Source of the DNA: Callorhinchus milii
Lineage: Eukaryota
NCBI RefSeq assembly: GCF_018977255.1
Contig: NW_024704742.1
Location: forward strand, 118,236,001 to 118,300,000
Direction of reading: 5' to 3'
Length of the DNA stretch: 64,000 bases
A program made the translations under genes and the position numbers. How positions within the stretch are numbered: position 1 is the first letter of the stretch; each line of letters begins with the position of its first letter. This document shows, in pieces, positions 1 through 11,844 of the stretch. The notes under the pieces were generated by a model. The model was given only the letters and a program-made list of their open reading frames with translations. It had not been told where the DNA came from and made no database searches.

Positions 1-114
1 CAAGTATCGTAAGTAGCATGCCCCCCATGTGTAAATACATAGATTCAAACCCTTTTTGAGTGAGATCAGATGCTCTTACCTGAGGCTACAATCGTACTTA
101 ATCCTATTGCTGCA

Positions 115-697
115 ACTGTGTAGGGCCCTGGTGAGACCACACCTGGAATACTGTGTCCAGTTTTGGTCTCATTTAAGGAAGGAGGTACTTGCCTTGGAGG
201 GGGTGCAGCGTAGATTTACTAGGTTAGTGCCAGGGATGAAGGAGATGAGTTACGAGAATAGGCTGACCAATTTGGGCCTATATTCTCTAGAATATAGAAG
301 AATTAGAGGGGATCCTTTAGAAACCTATAAGATCATCAAAGGGCATGATAGAGTAGATAGTGGGAGATTATTTCCCCTGGTTGGAGAAACTAAAACCAGG
401 GGTCACAACCTTAAAATCAGAGGCCAGCCCTTTCGCACTGAGTTGAGAAAGAACTTCTTCACTCAAAGGATGGTGAATGTATGGAACTCACTACCCTGAA
501 GGGCTGTTGAAGCTCAGTCCTTGAACGTATTCAAGACTGAGATAGATATATTTCTTATTGCAAAAGGATTAAGGGATATGGGGATAAGGCAGGGTCAGGT
601 TATTAGCTGTAGTTAGATTAGAAGATCAGCCATGATTGAATGGCAGGGCAGGCTCAAAGGGCCGAATGGCCTACTCCTGCTCCTATAAGTTATGTTA
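115..697 (+). mobile_element. CR1 LINE, 5'-truncated 3' end
   Basis: ORF 56..499 carries CR1 ORF2 C-terminal motifs (LVRPHLEYCVQFW, EGVQRRFTR, NFFTQRMVNVWNSLP). Typical 3' UTR gggccgaatggcctactcctgctcctat. Confidence 0.9.
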
Positions 698-1944
698 TTG
701 GAGTGTTTTCTTTCCCCTCCTACTTCTTTAAATTAGGTTGATGCCCTGACAGTGCATTCTGTACACTATTTGGGTCAAACATGAATGGATCAGGCAATAT
801 CATAATTTGCTGATGCATTTATTACCCACTCATTGATGTGTATTAAATTCAAAGTTTGGCCAAGCAATAAAATTTTTCTTTCAATGTACATAATCTAAGG
901 CATTGAGACTCCTCTAAATAATCTTTCACCAAATCAGCTGTTCAAAGCTTTCCAAAGCTCTCTGTTTGCAATTTAGGAATGAAGATTTGCCAGCACTCGT
1001 ATTTTGAAAAATGATTTGAGTATCAACTCTTTGAATGACTTGCCAAATTGTGTGTTTTGGAACAATTCCATACAATCAAATGTTGATCTCTCTGCAGTTA
1101 TTTATCATACATCAGGTAAAATTATGTATCAGGAAAGCACCTAAACCAGGTTAAAGTATCTTGTTCGTTCCACAAGAGAAATCTAGCGTTACGACTCCTG
1201 TTTGAAATCTAAAATGCAAATGTTTATTACAAATGATTCTTACCAGTTCCTGGAACTACCATGGCAACAAAACATCTCATTTGAGTTGGCTAATTGCTGC
1301 TGTTGATGTGAGCATTTGTTTCAAACTAAACAATTTTCCTGCATGTGAAATTGGAAAAAAAAATTATGACATGCTCAAAATTGCTTGATTCAACCTTCAA
1401 TTATGTTTTTGTTCACCCTTTGTTCTTCTCATTATCCCCCACCCACATTTTGATCACCTGCCCGATTTCAGTCGATCTAGGAGAGAGCAAATAAAGGAGG
1501 TATCCTTTAGATTCTGATTCAGTGTCATTTCCAATTGCTTTCGAGGCAGGGTGGATCGCTAGCAGCAGCTCCAAGCCAGCATCTCACTTTTGTGGCCAGT
1601 GCATGAAAGATCAGTATCTCTACTCAGTACACAGGTCGTCAAGGCCAGAGTTGTTTCTTACAAAGGCTCTTCAGAAGTTGAATGATGAAAGATAACTGGG
1701 ATTCTTTATTGTTTGTACCTTTGTAAAGTAATACTGTAAAGTAATACTGGTATGAACCAATTCCAGAAACGCCTTTTGGAAGGTCAAGTCCAGTTTTATT
1801 CGACAAACCTGGCATCTTTTTTGCCTTTCCTGGTGCACATTAATCTATTTTACACACTTCATAAAAAAAAAACCATGCACTCTTGAGTTAAGGTCACATA
1901 ATGTATTTAGACTATTCTGCCTGCCTTATGTTTTCCAGATATTT

Positions 1945-2432
1945 AGATCAGGCTCCGTGACCCCATCACTCCCACCCTCGCCCGACTCCACTGGTTCCCC
2001 ATCCCTCAGAGGATCGAATTCAAGATCCTCGGCGTCACTTTCACGGCCATCCATGGCCTTGCCCCCTCCTACCTCTCTGACCTGCTGATTCCCTACCAAC
2101 CTGCCCACTCCCTCCGTTCAGCGGGCTCCAGTCTGCTCCATGTATCCCACCCGATCCGCCCTACCATCGGTGGCTGGGCTTTCAGCCTCTCTGCCCCCAC
2201 ACTCTGGAACTCCATCCCACAGTCCCTTCACCTCGCTTCTTCCCTTGCCTCCTTCAAGGCCGGTCTCAAGACTCTCTTCGATCGTGCCTTCAGTTGCCCT
2301 CCCACCTCTCTGCCTTCCCTCACCCCTACCCCACCCCTCCCCCACGCTCGGGTCCTGACCCCTGACTGTCCAGCGCCTTGGGATGTCCTCCTGACATGAA
2401 AAGCACTCTATAAATGTAATGTTGTTGTTGTT
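1945..2432 (+). mobile_element. L2 LINE, 5'-truncated 3' end
   Basis: Encodes LARLHWFPIPQRIEFKIL...HGLAPSYLSDLL...AFSLSAPTLWNSIP (L2 ORF2 C-terminus). Tail cagcgccttgggatgtcc...ctataaatg followed by (GTT)n. Confidence 0.88.
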
Positions 2433-3308
2433 AATGTCCCAGAAATTGCATTTACTCTGAATTGGTTTAGTCAGAATATGTCTGTATACTACAAAAACAG
2501 GAGCCTTAGCCTTATTCCTTATAAAGCATTGTCAGAATGCTACATGATACAGTTTGATTTTCTACTTTCTGCCCAATATCACGGCATATATTTGATGGAA
2601 ACGGGGGAAAAAAGAGATGAAGTTTCTATAGTTATAAATCTGAGAAACGTCTTTGTTTCCTGTGAGGACAAAAACGGGATTTTTCCGTCTCCACACAAAA
2701 GCTTCATTTCCCTCTGTTGCCACTTTCTCACAAAGAGCAGAAATTCAAAGCCAATGCTTCTGTGGGGAGGGGAGGATTGGTAATTGTGCTGTGTTTGTGG
2801 ATTGAGTGAGATCTACATTTGTGCTTGTGTGCGTTAAATTATTTGCATAATTATTCATAGTAGTCTACTTGAGATTGATTTTGGTATAACTTTGGGGACG
2901 AGTTCCCTGCTAAGGGATGACAAGTGCACCCAAAAGAAGACGAGAATATAAACTATAAGGAACAATAAACTAATTTCTGTCTACTGAAAGCATGAGAAAC
3001 GGATGGTTATTAAGAGTTGTCTGATCTGCTCTCCTTCTGGATCAGTGCATAAACGCACAGCCTGAGGGGATGCTGAGGCAGATCTGAAAGAGCCATGATT
3101 TAGATGCTGTGCTGGCCTTTGCTGAGTTTGCTGTTGTGAGCTGGAGCCTCACTGGGTAACCAGTGTCTGAATCTTGTCAAAGTTAGAGTGGGCTAGACAT
3201 AAAAGATACAGTTTTATTCTCACACTTTAATGTCAAATTGAGGTTTCACAAAACCTATGTTGCATTCTATTGAGGCAGCTGTTTCAGAAATAAAATCTGT
3301 TACAATAT

Positions 3309-3648
3309 TATAATAATCCTTGTATTTGATATAGCACCTTATCGCGTGTTTGAGATGTCTTAAAGCATTTTGCAGAATATACTGTACAGTGAATTAATTA
3401 TATATTTTGAGCCAATTGCGCACAGCAGTGTCCCACAAACAGTCATGGATTTAGTGACCAATTTATTATTTTTTGAGGAATTATTATCCCTGGAAAAGTG
3501 ATCCCCCAATCGACTAACAACCGGGTTCCTACTTACTGCTAGGTAAGCAGGCATGTGGAGTAAGAAAACTTGCCCAACGTTTTGGCCTGCCAGGTCTCTC
3601 TCTCTCGTGCGAGGCGAGTGCTCTAACCACTAAGCTACAGGACTCCAT
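3309..3648 (-). mobile_element. tRNA-Ala-like SINE, long subtype, near full length
   Basis: Head ggagtcctgtagcttagtggttagagcactcgcc, body ccttgggcaagt-like plus ttacctagcagtaagtagg, tail caaggattatta. Many copies in the window. Confidence 0.85.
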
Positions 3649-4064
3649 GAAACTTTGATTCAAGTACATTCTCATAGATTCCTAACCTTTTTCCCTAAGA
3701 ACCAACAATTTTGATATTTGGGCTATGATTAAGACTAGAAAGTTGGAAAAATTTAGCGCTTTTATTAAAGAGCCAGTTTGTTTTTAAAGTTCAAGGAGTC
3801 TTCAAGTTTCTTGACATTCATGTTTTTCTTTAACGTTCTCTTGCAAAGCTTCACTAAACCAAAGAGTGTAGTGGAAGATTGACCTGAATATTGAGTAGCA
3901 ACCCACTGCATTCCAAGGCAACATGTTAATATCCTACCTCATTACACAACATTTCAAGCAGATGGTTGGGTTTACATAAGCAATACATGCTTTAGACTCA
4001 TGAAATTAACCAAATTATATATTTATGTTTGGCAAGAAAGAATACATAGAGAATCAGTTCCTGA

Positions 4065-4350
4065 CATTCTTCAGATGAGATGTTAAATTGAGCTCCCACC
4101 TGCCTGTTCAGATGAACATTAAAGACCCCATGGTACTATCTGAAAAGAGAAGGGAGCATCTCACAGTCGCCTGGCCAAGAATCTCCTAGATAAAACTGGT
4201 TATTCGCTGTCTGTTTGTAGAATATTCCTGTGCACAAAAATTGTCTGCTCCATTTGCCTACAATTACAGTCACCTCACTCTACAATAAATCCTGTGAAAT
4301 GCTTTGAGATGTTTCAGCAACTTGATAAAGTACCATATTAAGTCCAAATA
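4065..4350 (+). mobile_element. Deu-domain SINE fragment
   Basis: cttcagatgagatgttaaa...cattaaagaccccatggtactat resembles the Deu central domain shared with AmnSINE1/SacSINE1. L2-type tail. Confidence 0.7.
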
Positions 4351-6314
4351 TTTAATTTTTTCAATCAATTACATTTACCCCTTATTAAATTGACAGAAGC
4401 CCTCATTCCTTTCATTATCACTGTCTGAAATTAACTCTTTACCATCCACAGGAGTGATTAAGAGCTTGGGTTGGGAGACCAACACAGGAGGCCCTTGCTG
4501 CACACTTATCTCCCAGTCCTAAATATAAATAGTTGTTCCCTTACCTGTACTTTTTTCCTCCTGAATGAGGTGATTCTTTCTGTGATTACAAAAAAAGTTT
4601 AATGACTGGAGGGAGCACCTTTTTAATTCAATCAATCACTGTTTATTTTGCAGAGAGGTGACACACTGTCATTTTTACACACTGAAATCAACTGTACTAT
4701 CAGGTGCAGGTGCTGAGACAGACACTCACCCCAGAGCTACATAAAGCAAAGGACAAATCACTGTATCAATTGCCCAAGCTTGATATAGATTGGAGTAGCA
4801 TCATCTAGTTTGTTTGATTTTGTGAGCGAAAGGAAAAAGGTTAAACACTTTTGAAATTGGATCTGCTTAGCATTTGTGGTATGAAACACAACAGCCACAG
4901 TAAAGTATGAAAAACATGAATAGGTTTAATAATTCAGTGTTGCACTGAATGTTTCAGTGTTGTGGGAACAGGGTTACCATCCACACATTACTGCTGAATT
5001 AATTACATTAATAGGGAAAATGGCCGACTGGGAGTGTTTACTGGGCAACTCTGCTGAACAGCTTTGGCAGATCTGTTGAAATAATACTCTACACCTCCAA
5101 CAGGCAACTGTTTTTTTCAACAACAAATTCAGTAATTTAATGATAGTGGTTATCAATGTAACAAGTGGGGTCAATGGTATTGCTACAACAGCTGTCATTT
5201 TGAATTCTGATGCATAAAGACATTTTGGCTTTGAGGTTTGTGTTCAATAAATCTCCATCAACTTGGGGAAGACATTGTAAAAATTACATCAACTGGGGTC
5301 TGATTACAAAGGGCAACTTCCAACTGTCCATTTAACAATCAGCTATTACTGGATTTCACCACTGATGTTGAATCTAATCATTACTGTGTAAATAGACGTG
5401 TGAGTGATGCTTTGAAATAGGGCTGACAAAACCCGGGATTCTTTACACTGGATGTTTGACACAATAACAGAACCTCAATTGTGCTAAGGAGGTCAATATA
5501 TAAACAGCAGATATATGCCATTTTAATACTTTTGGCAATATACAGTAGGTAAAACTTGCTGTAGCCCTTAACAAATATGTTTTTTTTAAATCTATATTAA
5601 GTTCAATCACAAAATAAAATGATATTCCACCGGTCAATGTCTAGATCATTTTATTTTGGCCGAAGCATTATTCTGTAGTAAATGGCATGGCAATTGAGAG
5701 GGCATAGTGTGGTGGGTTACTCCTAGGTTACTGAAAATGTTATCAATGAGAGAAGAGTAAAAAAAAATGGGTTTCTACGGAGCCCTTCTTGTTCACTTAG
5801 GCTCTGACAGGCTGAAGTATTCCATTCATCTGGGGATAATTTGAGTAAAAGAGTGAAAATAGTTCCGAACTCGCATTCCCTGAATCCTCTGTGTGGTGCA
5901 ACAAATTATTATTTCACAAATGTTGCTCCAATTCATAGTGACAGTTCCACCCAAGGACTATCATTTAATTTTCAATAACATTAATAATCCTTGCATTTGA
6001 TATAGCTGTTTTATCACGTCGTTAAGACGTCTCGAAGCGCTTCACAGATTATATCGGAAAGTGGATTGACTGGCTATTAAACATAACTGTAGTAATTCTC
6101 TTCACAGAAACCATTGCTTGTGTGTCTATGAGTACTGGACGTTTGACTGCATTGTCTCAATTTGAGATGGCCTAGCCTTATGTAGAGAAGGCTAATTTAG
6201 TGATCCAGAATTTATTCAGAAATGATGTGTGTATTACTGGATAAGATCTATCACATCAGCCCCAGTTCAAAATCCACATCTCTTCCTTCCACACACAAAA
6301 ACACAATAGGCAGT

Positions 6315-8682
6315 TTTGTGTTTTTTTATTATTATTGCACATATCTTACACACACTGTGTATAAATTTTAAATAATGGTAAAACTTACAAACGACTATGG
6401 CACAATATTTGAAACACATTAGGTTACTGAACAACAAATGTTAGCCAGAAATGTTGAAGTACAGCATCGATGGTCCTTCTTGTGTAATGTTAATTATGGT
6501 GAAGAGCTAAAAATGAACACAGGTTTAATGGCACTGATAACGTTTGGAAATTCAGCTTTTACAGCACATCAAGTCACTCATTCACAAGCAGAGCACGCTT
6601 CCTCAGCTGAAGACTGTTCCTTTTACAGTATTTCACTTCTGAAACAGTTCAGTTCTTTGGCACAAGAACCTTCAGTTTTTGATGCACCACTGCAGCCAAT
6701 TGACACATTAATCAAGCGTTACAGGGTTTTAGAGTGTATCACTTTTTATTTGGGTTACCTAAAACCAATTTTCCCTGCCCATCTTTCCTTAATGTACTTT
6801 CACAAAATAAATCGTTTTGCCTTTTTTTAAGAACTTAATTAATTTCTAGCTCAACAAGAATTGCAGTGGTGTTACCTTGCACAGAATGATTTAGGGGCGA
6901 GCCTGATAATCAGACCCTCTAAATCTGAAACTCCTGTGCTTCAATGTGTTATGTCTTAACTGGCACTGGATTAAGTTAGGCTAGTTTCCTGTAAGGTCAT
7001 TGGTGGAATTTGATCGAAAATGGCACTATTAAGAGTACTGACTTGCATTGAATATCCCTGTCATTTATAATTGTAAATATTGTTCCAAACGTACTCAAAT
7101 ATCTAGCGTTACCCAGCAGTACTGAAGCTGCAAGTGACAGCAAGTTGCACTTAGTGGTATTAGACATTTCTTTTGCAAATGGCAATAGATGTTGACAACA
7201 TCAGGGATCGATCCCGGCGGTGGATGATGATCATTGGTGCCGGTTACATTGTGGCTACAGGAATATGGCTTTCTTCAGTCTGGTAGGGTTCACAGTTCAT
7301 TAATTTTAAGGTTCATACTTAAGATCATGGCAGCCTTTCTGAGATGACTGAATTGCATTTGCAGTACTCATGACAGCCTTTACAATGATGTATGTAAAAA
7401 AACATAAATAGGCTATGTTATTTTATGTGTTGATGCCACAGTTAGCAATCATGGCTCCCGCTGCTCATATGCCATTAGTTCAATGTGAAATATCAAGTTC
7501 AATGATTTAACATCAATGTTAAAGCATCTACAATACAATCTGGTTTGCAACTTCCTTTGTACAGTAAAGATGTTCAGATGCAGACTTGCCTTCGTCACAG
7601 TCCAGATCAGATTGACAATTCCACATATGTAGGCCACCTACTCATGGTAATTTCCCTGAGATGCAATGTGCACTCTTTCCCTGACTTAGATAAGCAGATG
7701 TGTCCCTCTAGGGAGAGAGTGGGCATTCCATTCCAGACACAGTGATATTTCCATGTGTAGGTGGCATAGGTATGCAGAAGTTTCAGTCTGGTTTGGATAT
7801 TCTTAAGCACAGTAACGAGTTTCTGTAGACCCGACTAACAACAAAAAAATCACCATTCTGGATTTTCATTTATTCCAATAAGGTTCTTGTGTTGCCTGAT
7901 GATGTTAAACAAAGTCTCTGAAAATACCAGCCAAGCTGCACCTCTCAACAGACACAATGTGGACTTAACTGGACCAATTCACATATTTTTAATTGAAACA
8001 GCTTGAGTAGCATTTTAAATAAGGTATTCAGGCCATGAGCTCAATAATGCTACACAATTCTTTTTGGTGAGGCATGTTTCTGCGAAGCTTCTTGGTGTAA
8101 ATGGAGAGGAGCAAATGTACACTGTGCATATTGCAAAAATTGTTGGCTGCAATATTAGGAAACCCAACACTGCACCTCACAGTAACTCAAGCTTTCTGGT
8201 GGAAATCATTTCCCTTGACAAAAAAATTCAAAAGTGATTTTTTTTTTGTTGCAGTAATCCAACATTGTTTACATGTGCTTTTTAAAAACAAAAGCTGCTG
8301 AGGCCTCTTTACTGACACAAGTCTTTGTCTGTTGGCAGCTCTTAAAAAAACTGTCTGCCTCTACACTGTACAGTCTAGGAAATTTAAAAGGAAATCTCAC
8401 AGACCAGGATGAAAGCACAGCATCCAAAAGGTCTCCATGTATCACAGCTGCTAGCTATGTAAGCTGGTGTGGGCCACTCAAGTGACCCGACCTGCATCCT
8501 GTTTCATCAGTCTTTGAATGGAATTCAGTCTGACATTTCTGACTTGTACATGTACGGATATGGAGTTCAGATACAGGAGGAAGGTAGTAGAGTTAAAAAC
8601 ATTTGGCGCTCCAGAATTTTTTTTTAAAAATTGTCAAAGTAAAAACGAGAGACTCCGAAAAGCCTTTGGGCAATTTGTCTTC
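6315..8682 (-). other. lhfpl2: Probable lhfpl2 3' UTR with distal AATAAA (6330-6325) and possible proximal AATAAA (7874-7869)
   Basis: Follows the stop codon. About 2.4 kb with no recognisable SINE or LINE, whereas both flanks carry them. AT-rich and ending TGTGCAATAATAATAAAAAAAC on the minus strand. The true end is inferred. Confidence 0.6.
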
Positions 8683-8939
8683 TCACAGCAAGCAGATCAG
8701 ACTCTTGCCCTCTTCAATTTCTTCCTGTACTTTATCACTGGATGTTGCAATCTCTGCTTGTGCCGATAGAACTGCACAGAGGAATGTAAGGACAGTGCCA
8801 CCAACTGCTGTGTAAAAGGCCCAGCCCAGAGAGCACTCCCCCAGCTGATAAGGTGAAACCTCAGGTCCACAGTAGTCCACTACTTTCTGAGAACCCCATC
8901 CAGCAGGGTACAGGATCAGGCCAAGGATCAAAAAGAGAC
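8683..8939 (-). CDS. lhfpl2: LHFPL2, last coding exon (257 nt, TGA at 8685-8683)
   Basis: Acceptor tttctttttttccccag|GT with AG at 8941-8940. Phase matches the first exon (G|GT = Gly). Translation [25 protein letters not shown]...[19 protein letters not shown]. Spliced CDS is 430+257 = 687 nt = 228 aa plus stop. Confidence 0.96.
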
Positions 8940-9234
8940 CTGGGGAAAAAAAGAAACATGTTCAATGAGTTATTAGATTCAAAAAGAACAAACCGTGTTG
9001 GTATTTGAATTGCTAATTTATTTCTGCCTATTCAACCAGGCAGCCCGGGGAAATGGATGTTTTGTGCCAATCCCAATCCTATCCTGTGTGGGTGAACCAG
9101 GTGCTGCAGGGGTTTATTTTGGTCAGCCGGGTCTCTGACACATGCAAAAACAACCACCACAACACCCAGGTTTCATATATCGCCCTTCACACAGGATAGC
9201 ATCTCGGAGCTTTGCACAGTGGTTGGATGACAAG

Positions 9235-9600
9235 CATAATCATTTTTGCATTTGGTATAGTGGCTTTCACATTGGAGGATGCCTCAAAGCACTTTACATG
9301 ATTTATTATACAGTGCATTGAATGCATATTCTGCAGGTGAATGCAGCAGCCAATTTGTGCAATGCCATGTCCCACAAACAGCATGAAGTGAATGCCCAAT
9401 TTTATCTAGATGATTGTTGGCCAGGATACTGGGAAAAACATCTTATCTTTTCAAATACTGCCATGGGATCATTAATGTCAACTTGAACAAGCTAATGGAA
9501 GCTTGGGTTAATATCTCATCTGAAGAACAGCACCTCCAACTATACAGTATTTCCCCAGGACTGCATTGGTGCGTCAGCCCAGGCTAATGCAGAATAGTGT
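9235..9600 (-). mobile_element. Deu-domain SINE
   Basis: Reverse strand reads gttggaggtgctgttcttcagatgagatattaacc...cattaatgatcccatggcagtatttg, ending in the shared tail. Confidence 0.75.
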
Positions 9601-11516
9601 GGAATAGCCTTAAATTCAATCTGAATTTAGAAGCTGTTTGTGGGACATAGTTGTGTGCAAATTGGCTGTGCTAGACCAGACAGACCTGGGAATGCTGATC
9701 AAAAGCAAAATGTGCTTCATTTTTCAGCATTCACCAATCTCCCTCTTGAAGAGCACAGCATGTACAGTGAATCCACTCCACAATAGAAGCACGTATTATT
9801 ATTATGATGATGATAAAATTCATCCACTCAAAGTTTACAAACACAAACACTTTTGGTCAAACTAATTTAGTGCATTTGCAGTAAATCCCCCGATTAAGAC
9901 TCTGGGACTATGGGGTCTAATATGCAGTATTTCAGAATAATAAATGTGTAACGAACTGCGGAATACATTCTTCCAGCACATTTAAAGTTTAGAAATGTGA
10001 TAATTGCCTTTTTATGTGACAGAGGGTGATCTAATCAGTGTATAAAGATAAACTAAAGTCTAAAATTCAAGACTTAATTTACCCTAGTTAAGTTCTGAAA
10101 TTCAGTCGATTTTGAAATTGGTTCTTTTTAAGAATCGAGGGAACCCAGTTCCTAAATTCAGATTGAATTTAAGACTATTCCAAACTATTCTGTGTATTCT
10201 TAAATTATAAGACAAAACAGTCTTAATAGGCCCGAGACTAGATGGAATTTCAATCCCTGAGTTCCCTATACCACACACTGTTTAGGTCTCCCTCACTAAT
10301 AGAGAACACATATGCTGCACTGACTTTATGACCCACACCCCCTGGAGATAGTATTATGAAGGGCTCTACTGTATCAGGTAATGGAAATTTTGCATTCCTG
10401 TTTTTGTAAGCACATTGGCAAGTAATAGGCTTTTGTTCTGTTGTTCTCCGACTCCACTCACTTTAAGCTGCTGTCCGGAAATAAGTTTGTCGACATAATT
10501 GAAAACTAATCTTAACACGTTGCTGTAATTTAGTTAATTATATCTGAAATTCTTGGCAAAAGATGCAGTGCAAAGATTTGCTTTAATGTATCACAATTTA
10601 GAAACTCTGGCAAAGCACTAAAGAAGTGATACTAAGTGACCCCAATTTACTTCACCACATCTTAGCCGGAAGTGCCTGGAAAACCACATACTTCACGCAT
10701 CTTTAAAGAGGCTCTTAAAGGTCCATTTTATTTAGCTCCACACTGTTGAATCAAACTACAGTTATAATTAATTAATAAATAAATAATCTGTTGATCTGTC
10801 TGAATGGAATCCTGAAGAAATGGAAAGTGATGAAGTTGTTATTATTTACAGTTGCAATGGGGAAGGAGAATGCTATGCTCATTTCACTATAAGTCTTGGG
10901 AAACTCTACTACAGTGGAGAAGTTTTCCTTTGTGTTTGGTGAGGCTGCTGCTTACTGAATTTCTTGCTCACTCACTGTCCATGTTTCCAGATCACCCTCC
11001 ACAACAGCCACTGATGTTTTTGTTCTGGTCATATCCCAACTGTGTCATTCACAGCAAAGATTTCAGTCTCCAGCTCTTACTCGGTTGATCCAAAACAGGT
11101 AGCATTGTAATTGTCTGCTGATTGCTGTGCTTGTGTGATATTTACAAGCTCAGGTCTGGTCCTGTTCTGGTCTACAATCAGGTTGCATTTAAGTCAAAAT
11201 GCAAAGCATTACATCTGGTCCAATCATCCTGGCATCATTTAAAGATGCCAGGCTCAGTGGGGAAGCATCACCTCTTCTGTTTCACTTCAAATAACTTTCA
11301 ATTTGTAAAATCCCAATGTAAGCGATCCTACCACCATCAAAATCGACTGAGGCATATTGCTCCTTTAAATAATTATTATCCTTACATTTTTGGTGCAGTA
11401 TAAATTTTGCTATACTCTGGAGGAGATTTCAGTCCAATTTTTACACTTTTTCAGTAATTCTAGCCAGTTGGAGCCTGTATTTTACTGGATCAGCCAACAT
11501 CAAGTGTTGCCCTTAA

Positions 11517-11844
11517 TAGGAAGAAATTTCACCTGGATCCAGATTTATGCCATTTACATAAAATTTTGGAAAGTTCAGAATTTGGCAAATTGTTGAATTC
11601 AGTCTTAACTTTAAAGTTGGTTTTCTGGAATTCTTAAACAAAACTTAAAGAAGATTATCTTCAAAATTAAGGCTGTATTTAAGAATATTGAGGTACAGAT
11701 TAGCCACGAGATAATAGAATTATGGATCAGGCTAGAGGCACTGAATGGCCTACTCCTGTTCCTATGTTCCTAGAATATACCAAATTCAGGACTTTTTAAA
11801 ATGCTAAATGGGAGTAAATCTAGACCCAGGTGGAATTTCTCCCC
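11517..11844. mobile_element. MITE with ~70-bp imperfect terminal inverted repeats, interrupted by a CR1 tail (~11675-11771)
   Basis: Left arm gaaatttcacctggatccagattta...cagaatttgg; reverse complement of the right arm gaaattccacctgggtctagattta...ctgaatttgg. A related copy lies at ~18598-18755. Confidence 0.65.

Noticed and set aside
1926..2358. Several overlapping ORFs (likewise 15520-16019, 51982-52375, 60143-60976, 29080-29496)
   Set aside because: Alternative or antisense frames of GC-rich LINE fragments or low-complexity DNA; not independent genes.
700..5950. 3' end of a convergent neighbouring gene (SCAMP1 is adjacent in human, from memory)
   Set aside because: No recognisable coding exon; a plus-strand AATAAA near 5248 is not sufficient evidence.
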